Assembly: GCA_002796135.1 (NCBI GenBank)
Contig: PCWB01000032.1
Location: forward strand, 1-53,797
Length of the DNA stretch: 53,797 nucleotides
Source of the DNA: Candidatus Omnitrophica bacterium CG11_big_fil_rev_8_21_14_0_20_41_12
GTDB taxonomy: Bacteria > Omnitrophota > Gorgyraeia > Gygaellales > Profunditerraquicolaceae
Reading direction: 5' to 3'
Shown: piece after piece, positions 26,981 through 35,697 of the stretch
Numbering within the stretch: the stretch's first letter is position 1
Layout: every line of letters starts with the position of its first letter
Translations under genes and position numbers: made by a program
Notes under the pieces: generated by a model
Databases searched by the model: none
The model's input: only the letters and a program-made list of their open reading frames with translations
Told to the model about the DNA's origin: nothing

Positions 26981-28108
26981 TTAATTAAATTTATAATTTT
27001 TAAAAAACTCTACGAGCACTCTTGAACCGTTATATAAATTATTTAAATCAGCGTACTCATCAGCAATATGAGCGCAACCCTCTCTACCGAACCCGGTAGC
27101 GATGGCCGGAATATTTCTTTTTTTGAAAAAAGTTATTACCGTTGCCCCTTCTGAGCCACTGATGCGTGGGGCAATCTTTAAATTTTTCATCGCCGAAACT
27201 AAACTGCTAACTAAAGGATGGCTAGGAGCGATATAATACGGCTCTTGAATTCCCTGAATTTCGATTTTAAAATTCTTAGTGTGCTTGGCAATTGTTTTCT
27301 TTAAATCAAGCAAAATCACTTTTTCCGAGGCTCCCGGAAGAAACCGGAAATCAAGCTCAAACTCACACCAGTCGCTAACTACGTTTACCGTATCTCCGCC
27401 CTTGATCGTTCCGACATTAATCGTCGGGCCGCGAAGATATTTATTCCGGGAGTTAATTTTATTTTGTTTTTTAAGATCGGTAATTATTCCAGCCGCCATA
27501 TCGATAGCATTAACTCCCAGCCAAGGATAGGCACCATGCGCTTTTTTACCGCGAATTTTTACTTTAAGATGCATCAGCCCTTTTTGCGTAATGACAATTT
27601 CAAAATCATCTGCATCTAAAACCAGCGCCGCATCCGCTTTTAAAATTTTGCGTTCAAGCAGCGGTATCAGGCCCAGCCCTGAGCCACTTTCTTCATCAGC
27701 AGTTGCGGCCAAAACTAAATCATAATCTAATTTAACCCCGTCTTCAACTAAAGAATGAATTGCCTCCATGCCGCTAGCTAAATTACCTTTACAATCCGTT
27801 GTGCCTAATCCATAAATTCTATTTCCGCTAATTTTAGCGCAAAACGCCGGTCTCTTCCAATTTTTACCGGCAGGCACGGTATCTAAATGCGGAGTAATTA
27901 AAAGTCTTTTTTTACCTGTCTTACCTTTAAGGGTGGCCACCAGGTTAACGCGTTTATTTTTAAAAGTATAGGTTTTAACTTTTAAACCTAAAGCTTTTAG
28001 ATATTTCCCGACAAAATCAGCAATTTTACTTTCATCTCCGGGAGGATTCTGGGAATCCAGGGAAACAAGTTTTTGCACTATTTTGATTAAACGTTTTTTA
28101 TTGACCAT
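26981..28108 (-). CDS. M20 family metallopeptidase (ArgE/DapE-like deacylase)
   Basis: LITPHLDTVP, GTTDCKG and ADEESGS metal-ligand motifs; about 375 aa. Confidence 0.8.
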   Translation of the reverse strand: MVNKKRLIKIVQKLVSLDSQNPPGDESKIADFVGKYLKALGLKVKTYTFKNKRVNLVATLKGKTGKKRLLITPHLDTVPAGKNWKRPAFCAKISGNRIYGLGTTDCKGNLASGMEAIHSLVEDGVKLDYDLVLAATADEESGSGLGLIPLLERKILKADAALVLDADDFEIVITQKGLMHLKVKIRGKKAHGAYPWLGVNAIDMAAGIITDLKKQNKINSRNKYLRGPTINVGTIKGGDTVNVVSDWCEFELDFRFLPGASEKVILLDLKKTIAKHTKNFKIEIQGIQEPYYIAPSHPLVSSLVSAMKNLKIAPRISGSEGATVITFFKKRNIPAIATGFGREGCAHIADEYADLNNLYNGSRVLVEFFKNYKFN

Positions 28109-28736
28109 GTAAAGGACAGATCCCGCATCTAGGATCTTGCTTGTGACAGTAATCCTTGGCTAATTTTACTAAAAGGGCATGGTATTCATTAAACAGTTGC
28201 GCATCCTGCTTCAGATTGCGCATAAAAATATCCTGTACCTGAGAATAGCTGGCCTCTTCTTTAATCAATGCATGCCGTAACGATATTCTTTTAGTATAGC
28301 TATCGACGACAAATATAGGTTTATTTAAAGCGTAAAGCAATATGGAGTCGGCTGTCTCCTGGCCAATGCCGTTGACCTCAAGCAATTGAGCGCGTAAAGA
28401 GGCTAAATCTGCTTTAGCCATAACTTTAATCTTTGCCGCATAGATATCAAAGAAAAATTTTAAAAAATTCTTAATCCGGACCGCCTTAAGATTATGATAT
28501 CCGGCGCTTCTGACCAAAGCAGCAAGTTTTTTTGGCTTAAGCCGATAAAGCTTCTGCGGGGTTAATAATTTCTTTTCTTTAAGCGCTGCAATTGCCTTCT
28601 GAACATTAGCCCAATTGGTATTCTGCGTAAGGATTGCTCCGATGATTACTTCAAAAGCGCTGTCGGCAGGCCACCAATGCTGGGCCCCGAAAGCAGTATA
28701 CAGCCGTTTAAATATCCGGCTTAGCTTACGCTTCAT
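28098..28736 (-). CDS. Endonuclease III-related HhH-GPD protein with a C-terminal Cys cluster
   Basis: ILTQNTNW, HhH motif LLEVNGIGQETADSILLYAL, VDSYTKR and the C-terminus CHKQDPRCGICPL. Confidence 0.75.
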   Translation of the reverse strand: MKRKLSRIFKRLYTAFGAQHWWPADSAFEVIIGAILTQNTNWANVQKAIAALKEKKLLTPQKLYRLKPKKLAALVRSAGYHNLKAVRIKNFLKFFFDIYAAKIKVMAKADLASLRAQLLEVNGIGQETADSILLYALNKPIFVVDSYTKRISLRHALIKEEASYSQVQDIFMRNLKQDAQLFNEYHALLVKLAKDYCHKQDPRCGICPLHGQ

Positions 28737-30667
28737 TTGCTAAGCTCTAAAGGATTGAAACCATAATAGGCAAAAAGAGCATACACTGTTCCTGATACCG
28801 AACCTGTATGGCCGCCCTTAGGTGTCATCCAGCCGTGGCCGGTATCAACATGTTCTTGCGTGGCATAAGGTAAACATCCTTGGCCCTGGCCGGAGGCAGA
28901 AGAGCTGGAAATAATCATATTTCCCAATTCACCCAAATACATCTGCGCTTTTCCCCCATAATCAGCTGCTTTAGATTTGGTCGCTTTCCTGGAATAAAAA
29001 TCTTCCATGATTTTATAAGCTACAGCCATTTGGGCAGTCCACTCCGAAGAAACAATGCCGCCCCTGGCCGTATGCAGCCGGGGAGCAAAATCAAATCCTT
29101 TTATTTTTACGCTCTGGCCGTTTGGTTTAAGAAAGACAGCTTCGACACTACAGCTCTCCTCTACAAATTTCATAATCTCATCCGGATCCATGCCTAACTC
29201 CTGCAATTTTTGCGGGCCGATCGCAGCAATTGACCAGGCATAAGTATCTGTGGCAATCGTAGAATCACCTTTGCCGCGCTTAACCGGAAGATCTCGGCGG
29301 TCATAAGTATGCTCAGCCAACCAATTAATTGTTTTTTGCGCAGCCAACGAATATATTTTCTTCCCGGTAACTTTAGCCAGCATATTAAAAAATGCGTAAG
29401 CATCAAGATTATGCTCCGTAGAATACCATTCTAGCGCCGGCCCGCCGCGGATACCGCCGTCTATATCTGCATTCTGCAAATTAATGATCGTCTGAGCAAT
29501 GCTTTCAGCTAAACCTAGATAGCTCTTATCCTTACTGGCTTGCGTATACTGCATAATCGCCAAACCGATCCAAATATTCGGCCCGCTATGCATGGTAAAT
29601 TCCGCCGGAGCTCCATCATCGGCATAATAAGCGTTGATAAACCATCCATTTTCTCTTTTGGCGTGTTTGGCGAAAAAATCCAAAATCTTTCTGGCGCGCT
29701 CAAAATCTCCGAAATAAGTATAGGCCTGAATCAACAAAGCTAAATCATAAGTAAAAGACCAGTTGGCAATATCCTGGTCCCCTTCAAAGCTGGCTACTAA
29801 TCCGGTGCGGTTATTTTGATGCACTTTAAGCCACTGATACATCTTATCGAAATTAGCTTTCTGAAGAACTATCTTCTTCTCATCCAGTCTGGATACTTCT
29901 TGAGCAGCGACATTTTCAATACGCAGAGCTTCGGTTAATTTATCTTCTAAGGCGATCTTTTCAGCGGCTAAAGCAGCAATTGATTGATTAAGCTGTTTAA
30001 TCTGATTGAGATTGCTTGATTCGGTTCGAGATTTTTGTAACTCGACAGATTTGATACGCGTTTCTAAATCCTTCAGGTGCTGCTGGAGATATTGTCTTTG
30101 CATAGTAATCTCCTGTATTTTTTGCTGAGCCCGGCTTGAATCTTTTAATACGACCGACAGCTTTTCAATAAGTAACTTATTATTGCGCGTTAGGGTAAAA
30201 TTTAAATAGCTATTAATGCCTAAGATCAAGGCCAAAAGTATAACGGCTGATAAGGCAGTCGGAATAAAAAGTTTCTTTAGCCAGGCATAGCGCATTAACT
30301 GATTATTCTGTTTTACGGATATATGCTTATAATCTAATCCTACCTGACACTTACATTTACCTCCATGATCCTCTCTAATCCAAGTAATGCCGGCAATAAC
30401 TGGAATCGGTTTCTTGCTTACGGGGACATCGATCTCCAAAGATAATCTGCATTTTTTCTCTTTAATCAGCTTGAGCAGCTCCGGATCGATATTATTTATG
30501 GAAAGACAAATCCCTCCGCGGCTGATATTATTGGTAAAACCCTGGAGCCAGCCGGAAAGAGGAACATTTACATCCAACTCTTCCAGTCGAAACTGCACCG
30601 GAAAAACCGTATCCAAACGCAGATACTTACGCTGTTCTGCAGTAGTTTTTGTTTTATGTTTAAACAA
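28733..30667 (-). CDS. PilZ domain / TM / coiled-coil protein with a large helical-repeat (alpha/alpha-toroid-like) C-terminal domain
   Basis: PilZ motifs RKYLR (RxxxR) and NISRGG (D/NxSxxG), TM segment LFIPTALSAVILLALILGINSYL, and about 130 aa of coiled coil. The last roughly 370 aa carry repeated aromatic helix motifs. Confidence 0.7.
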   Translation of the reverse strand: MFKHKTKTTAEQRKYLRLDTVFPVQFRLEELDVNVPLSGWLQGFTNNISRGGICLSINNIDPELLKLIKEKKCRLSLEIDVPVSKKPIPVIAGITWIREDHGGKCKCQVGLDYKHISVKQNNQLMRYAWLKKLFIPTALSAVILLALILGINSYLNFTLTRNNKLLIEKLSVVLKDSSRAQQKIQEITMQRQYLQQHLKDLETRIKSVELQKSRTESSNLNQIKQLNQSIAALAAEKIALEDKLTEALRIENVAAQEVSRLDEKKIVLQKANFDKMYQWLKVHQNNRTGLVASFEGDQDIANWSFTYDLALLIQAYTYFGDFERARKILDFFAKHAKRENGWFINAYYADDGAPAEFTMHSGPNIWIGLAIMQYTQASKDKSYLGLAESIAQTIINLQNADIDGGIRGGPALEWYSTEHNLDAYAFFNMLAKVTGKKIYSLAAQKTINWLAEHTYDRRDLPVKRGKGDSTIATDTYAWSIAAIGPQKLQELGMDPDEIMKFVEESCSVEAVFLKPNGQSVKIKGFDFAPRLHTARGGIVSSEWTAQMAVAYKIMEDFYSRKATKSKAADYGGKAQMYLGELGNMIISSSSASGQGQGCLPYATQEHVDTGHGWMTPKGGHTGSVSGTVYALFAYYGFNPLELSK

Positions 30668-30699
30668 TTCTTCCCTCTTTTTAACTAGAATATCACGGA

Positions 30700-31269
30700 C
30701 TATATTTTATAACAAATAGTACCTAATGCAATACCCTTCTGCTGAGAAATAATTTTAAGTTTAGTAAAAACCTCCCAGGTCATCTCCACATCAGCAAAAG
30801 CCCGGTGTTTTTGAATTGTGGACACTCCTAATTCTTTAGCGACAAACCAAAGCGCATAGCGCGGAAGATCCGGCATAAGTTTTTTAGCCATCGTCAGCAC
30901 ATCAAAAATAACTATATTACTAATTGCGGGTAGACCAAGCAGCTTAAGTTCATTCTTTAAAAAACTTAAGTCAAATTCTGCATTATATGAACAAAGACCG
31001 CTGCCGGCAATAAAATCCAGGAACCTGGGCATCACCATGGTAATCTGCGCAGCCTCCTTGAGCATCTCCGGAGTAATCTTATTCACGGCAAAAGCCCCCG
31101 GAGAAATATCGCGCCCGGGATTAACCAGCATATCAAATGTAGCTATCCTCTCTTTACCCTTAACTCTTAAGCCGGCTAACTCAACAATACGGTCTCCGGA
31201 GTCAGGATAAAGCCCGGTAGTTTCCGTATCAAATACCGTAAGTTCTATTTCATCAATATTCTCAGGCAT
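30700..31269 (-). CDS. DEDDh 3'-5' exonuclease (DnaQ/epsilon-like)
   Basis: ExoI VFDTETTGL, ExoII YNAEFDLSFL, ExoIII HRAFADVEMT. Confidence 0.85.
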   Translation of the reverse strand: MPENIDEIELTVFDTETTGLYPDSGDRIVELAGLRVKGKERIATFDMLVNPGRDISPGAFAVNKITPEMLKEAAQITMVMPRFLDFIAGSGLCSYNAEFDLSFLKNELKLLGLPAISNIVIFDVLTMAKKLMPDLPRYALWFVAKELGVSTIQKHRAFADVEMTWEVFTKLKIISQQKGIALGTICYKI

Positions 31270-32158
31270 CTCTGGTTATAATATAGGCCGGAATCAGACG
31301 CACAGGCTTATAAGAAAGTTTAACCTTGCGCAAATTCTCCAACCCCGAATCATCCATAATATTTATATATTTATAATTTTTTAACTCCTGGCAGAAGCGG
31401 CGAAAGATAAATTGCGCCAATCCTTTTACCGCAAGATCCGTTACTTCATAAAGTATGCAAAATGTCTCCGAATTTAATTTATAGCCGAAACTGAACCCTT
31501 TGATCTTTTTATCGACTCTAACCACGATGCCTTCTAAATCAAGCTTACGATAATCAACCAAGATATCTTTAATAACTTTGCGATTATCCTCGAGCATCCC
31601 GCAATAAAGGTCATCATTACACTGGCTGATACGCTCTTTAAACCATAAACTAAACAACCTTAAGCAGCCAGATTGGTCCGCCGGATTCATTCTAGAAAAA
31701 TCGAAATTATAATGTTTGATAAAATAGTTGTGGGAAGCCCGCTGAGATTTAAATTTATTTCCGCCCAAGCTGGCCAGATCATTGCGCGAACAAAGATAAT
31801 CCGGATATTTATCATGGCGAAGATATCCCAGGGCACGATAATACTCCAGATCATTTTTTTCAACATTTTCAATGCGTGAAATATCTTTATTCTTATTAAT
31901 GCTATCCATAATGACAAAAGCTTCTTTGATTACCGCCGGCCGCTGCTCTTTAGCCAAAGGTGATAAATACATGAAGCAACCGATTTTATCCTGTAGAAAT
32001 ACACAGAGACTGTTTTCGATGATTGTCCATTTAATATCGTAGAGGGATCTCCAGATATAAATATTTGCAAAAGCATACGCCGCTAATTCATGCTCGGCTA
32101 AATTAAGATACTGATTAAATAATTTTTTATCTTTTAAGGTTAATTTATTTATCTTCAT
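31262..32158 (-). CDS. DUF2156 / LPG_synthase_C-like protein (MprF C-terminal aminoacyl-tRNA transferase fold)
   Basis: FANIYIWRSLY, PDYLCSRNDLASLGGNKFKSQRASHNYFIKHY and LENLRKVKLSYKP match the family pattern as I recall it (DYiY..dL..L.G.K...kRn..n.F; LRkaKlSY.P). Confidence 0.65.
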   Translation of the reverse strand: MKINKLTLKDKKLFNQYLNLAEHELAAYAFANIYIWRSLYDIKWTIIENSLCVFLQDKIGCFMYLSPLAKEQRPAVIKEAFVIMDSINKNKDISRIENVEKNDLEYYRALGYLRHDKYPDYLCSRNDLASLGGNKFKSQRASHNYFIKHYNFDFSRMNPADQSGCLRLFSLWFKERISQCNDDLYCGMLEDNRKVIKDILVDYRKLDLEGIVVRVDKKIKGFSFGYKLNSETFCILYEVTDLAVKGLAQFIFRRFCQELKNYKYINIMDDSGLENLRKVKLSYKPVRLIPAYIITRDA

Positions 32159-32163
32159 AATAC

Positions 32164-32227
32164 AAAGGGGACGTCCTAAAAAGGGACACCCTGTTATAAG
32201 GGTGTCCCCACGGAGGACGTCCCCTTT
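32164..32227 (-). terminator. Nested GC-rich hairpins (13-bp outer and 9-bp inner stems): intra-operon terminator or attenuator candidate
   Basis: Outer stem aaaggggacgtcc (32164-32176) pairs with ggacgtccccttt (32215-32227). Inner stem gggacaccc (32183-32191) pairs with gggtgtccc (32200-32208). On the minus strand the inner hairpin is followed by TTTTTA. Confidence 0.45.
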
Positions 32228-32724
32228 TTATGCGGCAAGCTTAATTCGGCTACTTCGCGGACCTCTTCATAGGCCTGAATAATCTGCGGGTTTTCTTTGA
32301 GCATCTTGACGAGCTTAGGAGAATTAAGGTAAGCCGTTAAATAGGCAATATAATCTTTTGCTTCTTGAGTATCTATTTTCTCATAAACATACGGACAATT
32401 TAAATCAACGGTTAAAAGCACCTTGTCTTTACGAAAATTAATCAGAAAAGGATATAGCTGACATTCAAACGGCCGCATATCATAAATTTTACATTGATTA
32501 TTAAGACTTCCCAAAAATGGACAAATAAAATCTGCACCCTCGGGATTAACTACGGGTTGAATATGGCGATTAATCGTGATCGAGGCAGCCGGAATTCCTT
32601 TTTTATCTAAGAGTCCCTGGATCTCTTCGTCCAGAAGGCAAGGGCTCCACACAGAATTTTCATCTTTAAACCGGCAACAACCCTGGCATTTAAGGCAGGC
32701 CTCTTGCGGAACAAATTGTTTCAT
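32194..32724 (-). CDS. YkgJ-family Cys-cluster (CxxCxxCC) zinc/iron-chelating protein
   Basis: CLKCQGCCRF near the N-terminus plus later Cys residues (CPF, C..YD.RP..C..YP). Confidence 0.7.
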   Translation of the reverse strand: MKQFVPQEACLKCQGCCRFKDENSVWSPCLLDEEIQGLLDKKGIPAASITINRHIQPVVNPEGADFICPFLGSLNNQCKIYDMRPFECQLYPFLINFRKDKVLLTVDLNCPYVYEKIDTQEAKDYIAYLTAYLNSPKLVKMLKENPQIIQAYEEVREVAELSLPHKKGTSSVGTPL

Positions 32725-33044
32725 TACTTTACAATGCTCCCCAGTTTTAATTTTTTATCCGGACTGACTACGGCCAGCAAACTCTCGTCGGAGCCGGCCA
32801 GAATCATCCCTTGGCTCTCTACCCCGCGTAAAATTACCGGGTCTAAATTGTCCACTAGAACTACCTGTTTGCCGATCAGCTCTTCTTTGGTGTAAAAAGC
32901 TTTGATCCCGGCCACTACTTGCTTTTGACGATCCCCTAAATCCACAATTAAAACTAATAATTTATCCGCATTCGGATGATCATTAACCTCTTTTATTTCT
33001 GCAATCCTCAATTCTAACTTTCTAAAATCATCAATGCTTGACAT
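32724..33044 (-). CDS. Stand-alone tRNA-binding domain protein (Trbp111/CsaA/MetRS C-terminal-like OB fold)
   Basis: FRKLELRIAEIKEVNDHPNADKLLVLIVDLGD...QVVAGI...GKQVVLVDNLDPVILRGVESQGMILA. Confidence 0.85.
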   Translation of the reverse strand: MSSIDDFRKLELRIAEIKEVNDHPNADKLLVLIVDLGDRQKQVVAGIKAFYTKEELIGKQVVLVDNLDPVILRGVESQGMILAGSDESLLAVVSPDKKLKLGSIVK

Positions 33045-33074
33045 GCATATCCCCCTTCGTCTTATGCCCCATAG

Positions 33075-34589
33075 TCAAAACTTCATCTCCACGTAACATT
33101 CAATCTGATAAGCATTATTCGCGTGGCCATCTCCGCGCACATAAGGACTAAATAAGCTGCCATCGACATCATCGCGTCTCTCTTTATAGAAGGCCCCGGG
33201 AATAAAAACCCCGCTTAAAAATCCAACAGTCATGTGTTTGTTCACCTTATAATCAACAAACAAATCCGCTTCATACCCCAGCTCCCGGGAAAGATATTTC
33301 CCCTGGCCGTTCAAAGTTCCCACCGGCTTATTGAACGCTCTTAAATAATATCCGTATAAACTTACGCAGAGTTTATCCGTAAAATTATAATCAAAACCAA
33401 CGGAAGGCATAATCAGGTCTTCAAAATCCCCTGAATAAAATGTGCCCGGCCGCGGCACTCCATAATTTAAGCCATATCCGCCACCCATCGCTACGATCGG
33501 CAGCATATCCGCATTACTACTGCTTATTGTATCACTTAAGTTGAAGTTTGTGGGAGAAGAATAGCTAAATGCCCGGTTGCGGCTTCCAGAATAGGCTGTG
33601 TCGCCGTTCTCAGCCATCTCCGGAGTAGCTTGATTACCGGAACAAAATAAGAACTGTAATTCCGGAACAAATTTCCCTAATACATAATCAAGCCCGGAAT
33701 AAAACATATACCCGGCATGAGTAATATCTTTATCAGCGCTCTCCTGGCTTTGGGCATACCCGAAGTTACGTGCAGCTTCCAATCTTAGGGTAAAATTATC
33801 ATTTGTATATTCCCAGGCTGTACCAAAAGTCCCCAGCAGGTCTCTTTTGATGGGCGCAGAAAAGAGATTATCTCTTTTGCCGGCAGATGTATAATCTGCC
33901 AACATCCCGACATACGGCCAAAAAGTTTGGTTACCTGCGGTTATTTTAACATCGGTAGCAAAAAAATTAGCGGCATTCGGTTCATATCTCTGCCCCTGCT
34001 CAATTTCTTGTTCAACGTGGGGCCCTAAATGATTCTTATAAACTAAATCCGGCCGGCAGTAATATAGGCGCCAAAAAATATCTTGTGTCTGCTTATAAAA
34101 AGAAACCCCGTAATTTTCATAGTTGCCGTTAAGCGCAAAACCATTACCTACTTCATAAATATATAATCCTGCCTTAACTCCAAAGCTGCCGGGAAGTTTA
34201 GAGTCAAACCAAAACTCCTCAAGCTGGGGGAGAAGCTCTGAGCCACGGTATCTTTCCACTCTGCCTCCGGAGTTAATCAGCGTATTGTGAATAAAAAGCG
34301 GCGCGCTGTAATCATAAGGCCCGGTACGCTCGAACTTAAAATAAAATTTATTGCCCGACTCCTTAAGGTCCCCGCTAAGGGCAAAACTATAATCTATACC
34401 CAAATAAGCAGCATGATCATCCCGATTATGGCTATCTAAATCTACCACATTTTTAAAACTTACCAGGTCCGTGCGAAAATAAGTATCCAGGGTTAAGCCT
34501 AATTGATTAGTATTAAGCAATTCATAACTGTAGGCGCAAGAAACAGCGCTTAAGCTCAAAATTATAACCAGGAAAGATCTTTTTATCAT
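33075..34589 (-). CDS. Outer-membrane beta-barrel protein (porin-like)
   Basis: Signal peptide, alternating aromatic/Gly-rich beta-strand pattern and a C-terminal ...YVEMKF terminal Phe. Confidence 0.65.
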   Translation of the reverse strand: MIKRSFLVIILSLSAVSCAYSYELLNTNQLGLTLDTYFRTDLVSFKNVVDLDSHNRDDHAAYLGIDYSFALSGDLKESGNKFYFKFERTGPYDYSAPLFIHNTLINSGGRVERYRGSELLPQLEEFWFDSKLPGSFGVKAGLYIYEVGNGFALNGNYENYGVSFYKQTQDIFWRLYYCRPDLVYKNHLGPHVEQEIEQGQRYEPNAANFFATDVKITAGNQTFWPYVGMLADYTSAGKRDNLFSAPIKRDLLGTFGTAWEYTNDNFTLRLEAARNFGYAQSQESADKDITHAGYMFYSGLDYVLGKFVPELQFLFCSGNQATPEMAENGDTAYSGSRNRAFSYSSPTNFNLSDTISSSNADMLPIVAMGGGYGLNYGVPRPGTFYSGDFEDLIMPSVGFDYNFTDKLCVSLYGYYLRAFNKPVGTLNGQGKYLSRELGYEADLFVDYKVNKHMTVGFLSGVFIPGAFYKERRDDVDGSLFSPYVRGDGHANNAYQIECYVEMKF

Positions 34590-34731
34590 TTCATAATTCC
34601 TATAGATAATCTCTGTTAAAAACTTAGGTTTATAATATCATTGGCCGGATAAAAATTCAATATGGATTTATCCGCATTATTAAGATATACTTTAAATAGA
34701 ATACAAAACTTCTAAAGAAAGAAGGCTGGCG

Positions 34732-35178
34732 ATGGCTTGGCGGTCTAAAAAAGGTTTTACTTTACCGGAAATGCTCTTGGCCGCAGTAATTGCCTCATTT
34801 GCGCTATGTGGCATATTATTAACCTATATTACCTGCCTGGACACAGTTAAGCTATCCAAAAACGTAAGCATTGCCACGAGTGCCGCGCAAGGATTAATCG
34901 AAGATATTCGCAGCACCCCCTTCCCGCAAATCATTACCAACTACGACCAATTAATATTCACTGTAAATAATATCCCGTCCAGCAGGGGCATAGTTTATGT
35001 TGATGATACTAATCCGGAACTGCTATTGGTAACCGTAAGTGTGTGCTGGAAGCAAGGGAACAGAATCATCGGTGAAGATACCAACCTTAACGGAGCGCTT
35101 GATGCCGGAGAAGATACAAATGGTAATGGCATAATCGATTCAACTGTGGAGCTGGTCACACAGGTGGCCAACCGATAA
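34732..35178 (+). CDS. Prepilin-type N-terminal cleavage/methylation domain protein (minor pseudopilin)
   Basis: KKG|FTLPEMLLAAVIASF with Glu at +5. Confidence 0.8.
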   Translation: MAWRSKKGFTLPEMLLAAVIASFALCGILLTYITCLDTVKLSKNVSIATSAAQGLIEDIRSTPFPQIITNYDQLIFTVNNIPSSRGIVYVDDTNPELLLVTVSVCWKQGNRIIGEDTNLNGALDAGEDTNGNGIIDSTVELVTQVANR

Positions 35179-35180
35179 AA

Positions 35181-35696
35181 ATGAGAGGCTTTACCGTTTT
35201 CGAAACTTTAATTTCTATGTTGATTTTTTCTATCATTACTGTGGCCTTAGGCCTGGCGGTAGTAGCGGGAAAAAATGCCCTGTTTACCAATGATCTTCCA
35301 ACTCAACTTCGTCAAAATTTATTATTCGCGATTGTAGCAATGAACCGGGAGCTGCGCCAGACTGCTCCGTCGAAAACAAATATCGGAGCAAGTTCAAGCA
35401 ATAATTATATTACATTTAAGATTCCGCATGATAACAATGGAGACGGCCTGACTGTTGATGCCATCGGTTCCATAGAATGGGGAGAGGATATTACTTATGC
35501 GCGGGATGGCTCAAACCGGCTCATCCGCACTCAAGCTGGCGCAACCTCAATCATCTCCTCGGAAATCTCTGCTTTACAATTTAGCCGGCCGGCAGGTGAA
35601 GCTGATATTCTTCAAATTGATATTGCTGCTCAAGGAGCCAATAACACAGGAAGTTGGCAGGATACGGAACAAGCGATCATTAAAATGAGAAATTGA
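35181..35696 (+). CDS. Prepilin-type pseudopilin (PilW/GspJ-like, tentative)
   Basis: MRG|FTVFETLISMLIFSII with Glu at +5. 2-nt gap from the upstream gene. Confidence 0.75.
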   Translation: MRGFTVFETLISMLIFSIITVALGLAVVAGKNALFTNDLPTQLRQNLLFAIVAMNRELRQTAPSKTNIGASSSNNYITFKIPHDNNGDGLTVDAIGSIEWGEDITYARDGSNRLIRTQAGATSIISSEISALQFSRPAGEADILQIDIAAQGANNTGSWQDTEQAIIKMRN

Positions 35697-35697
35697 T

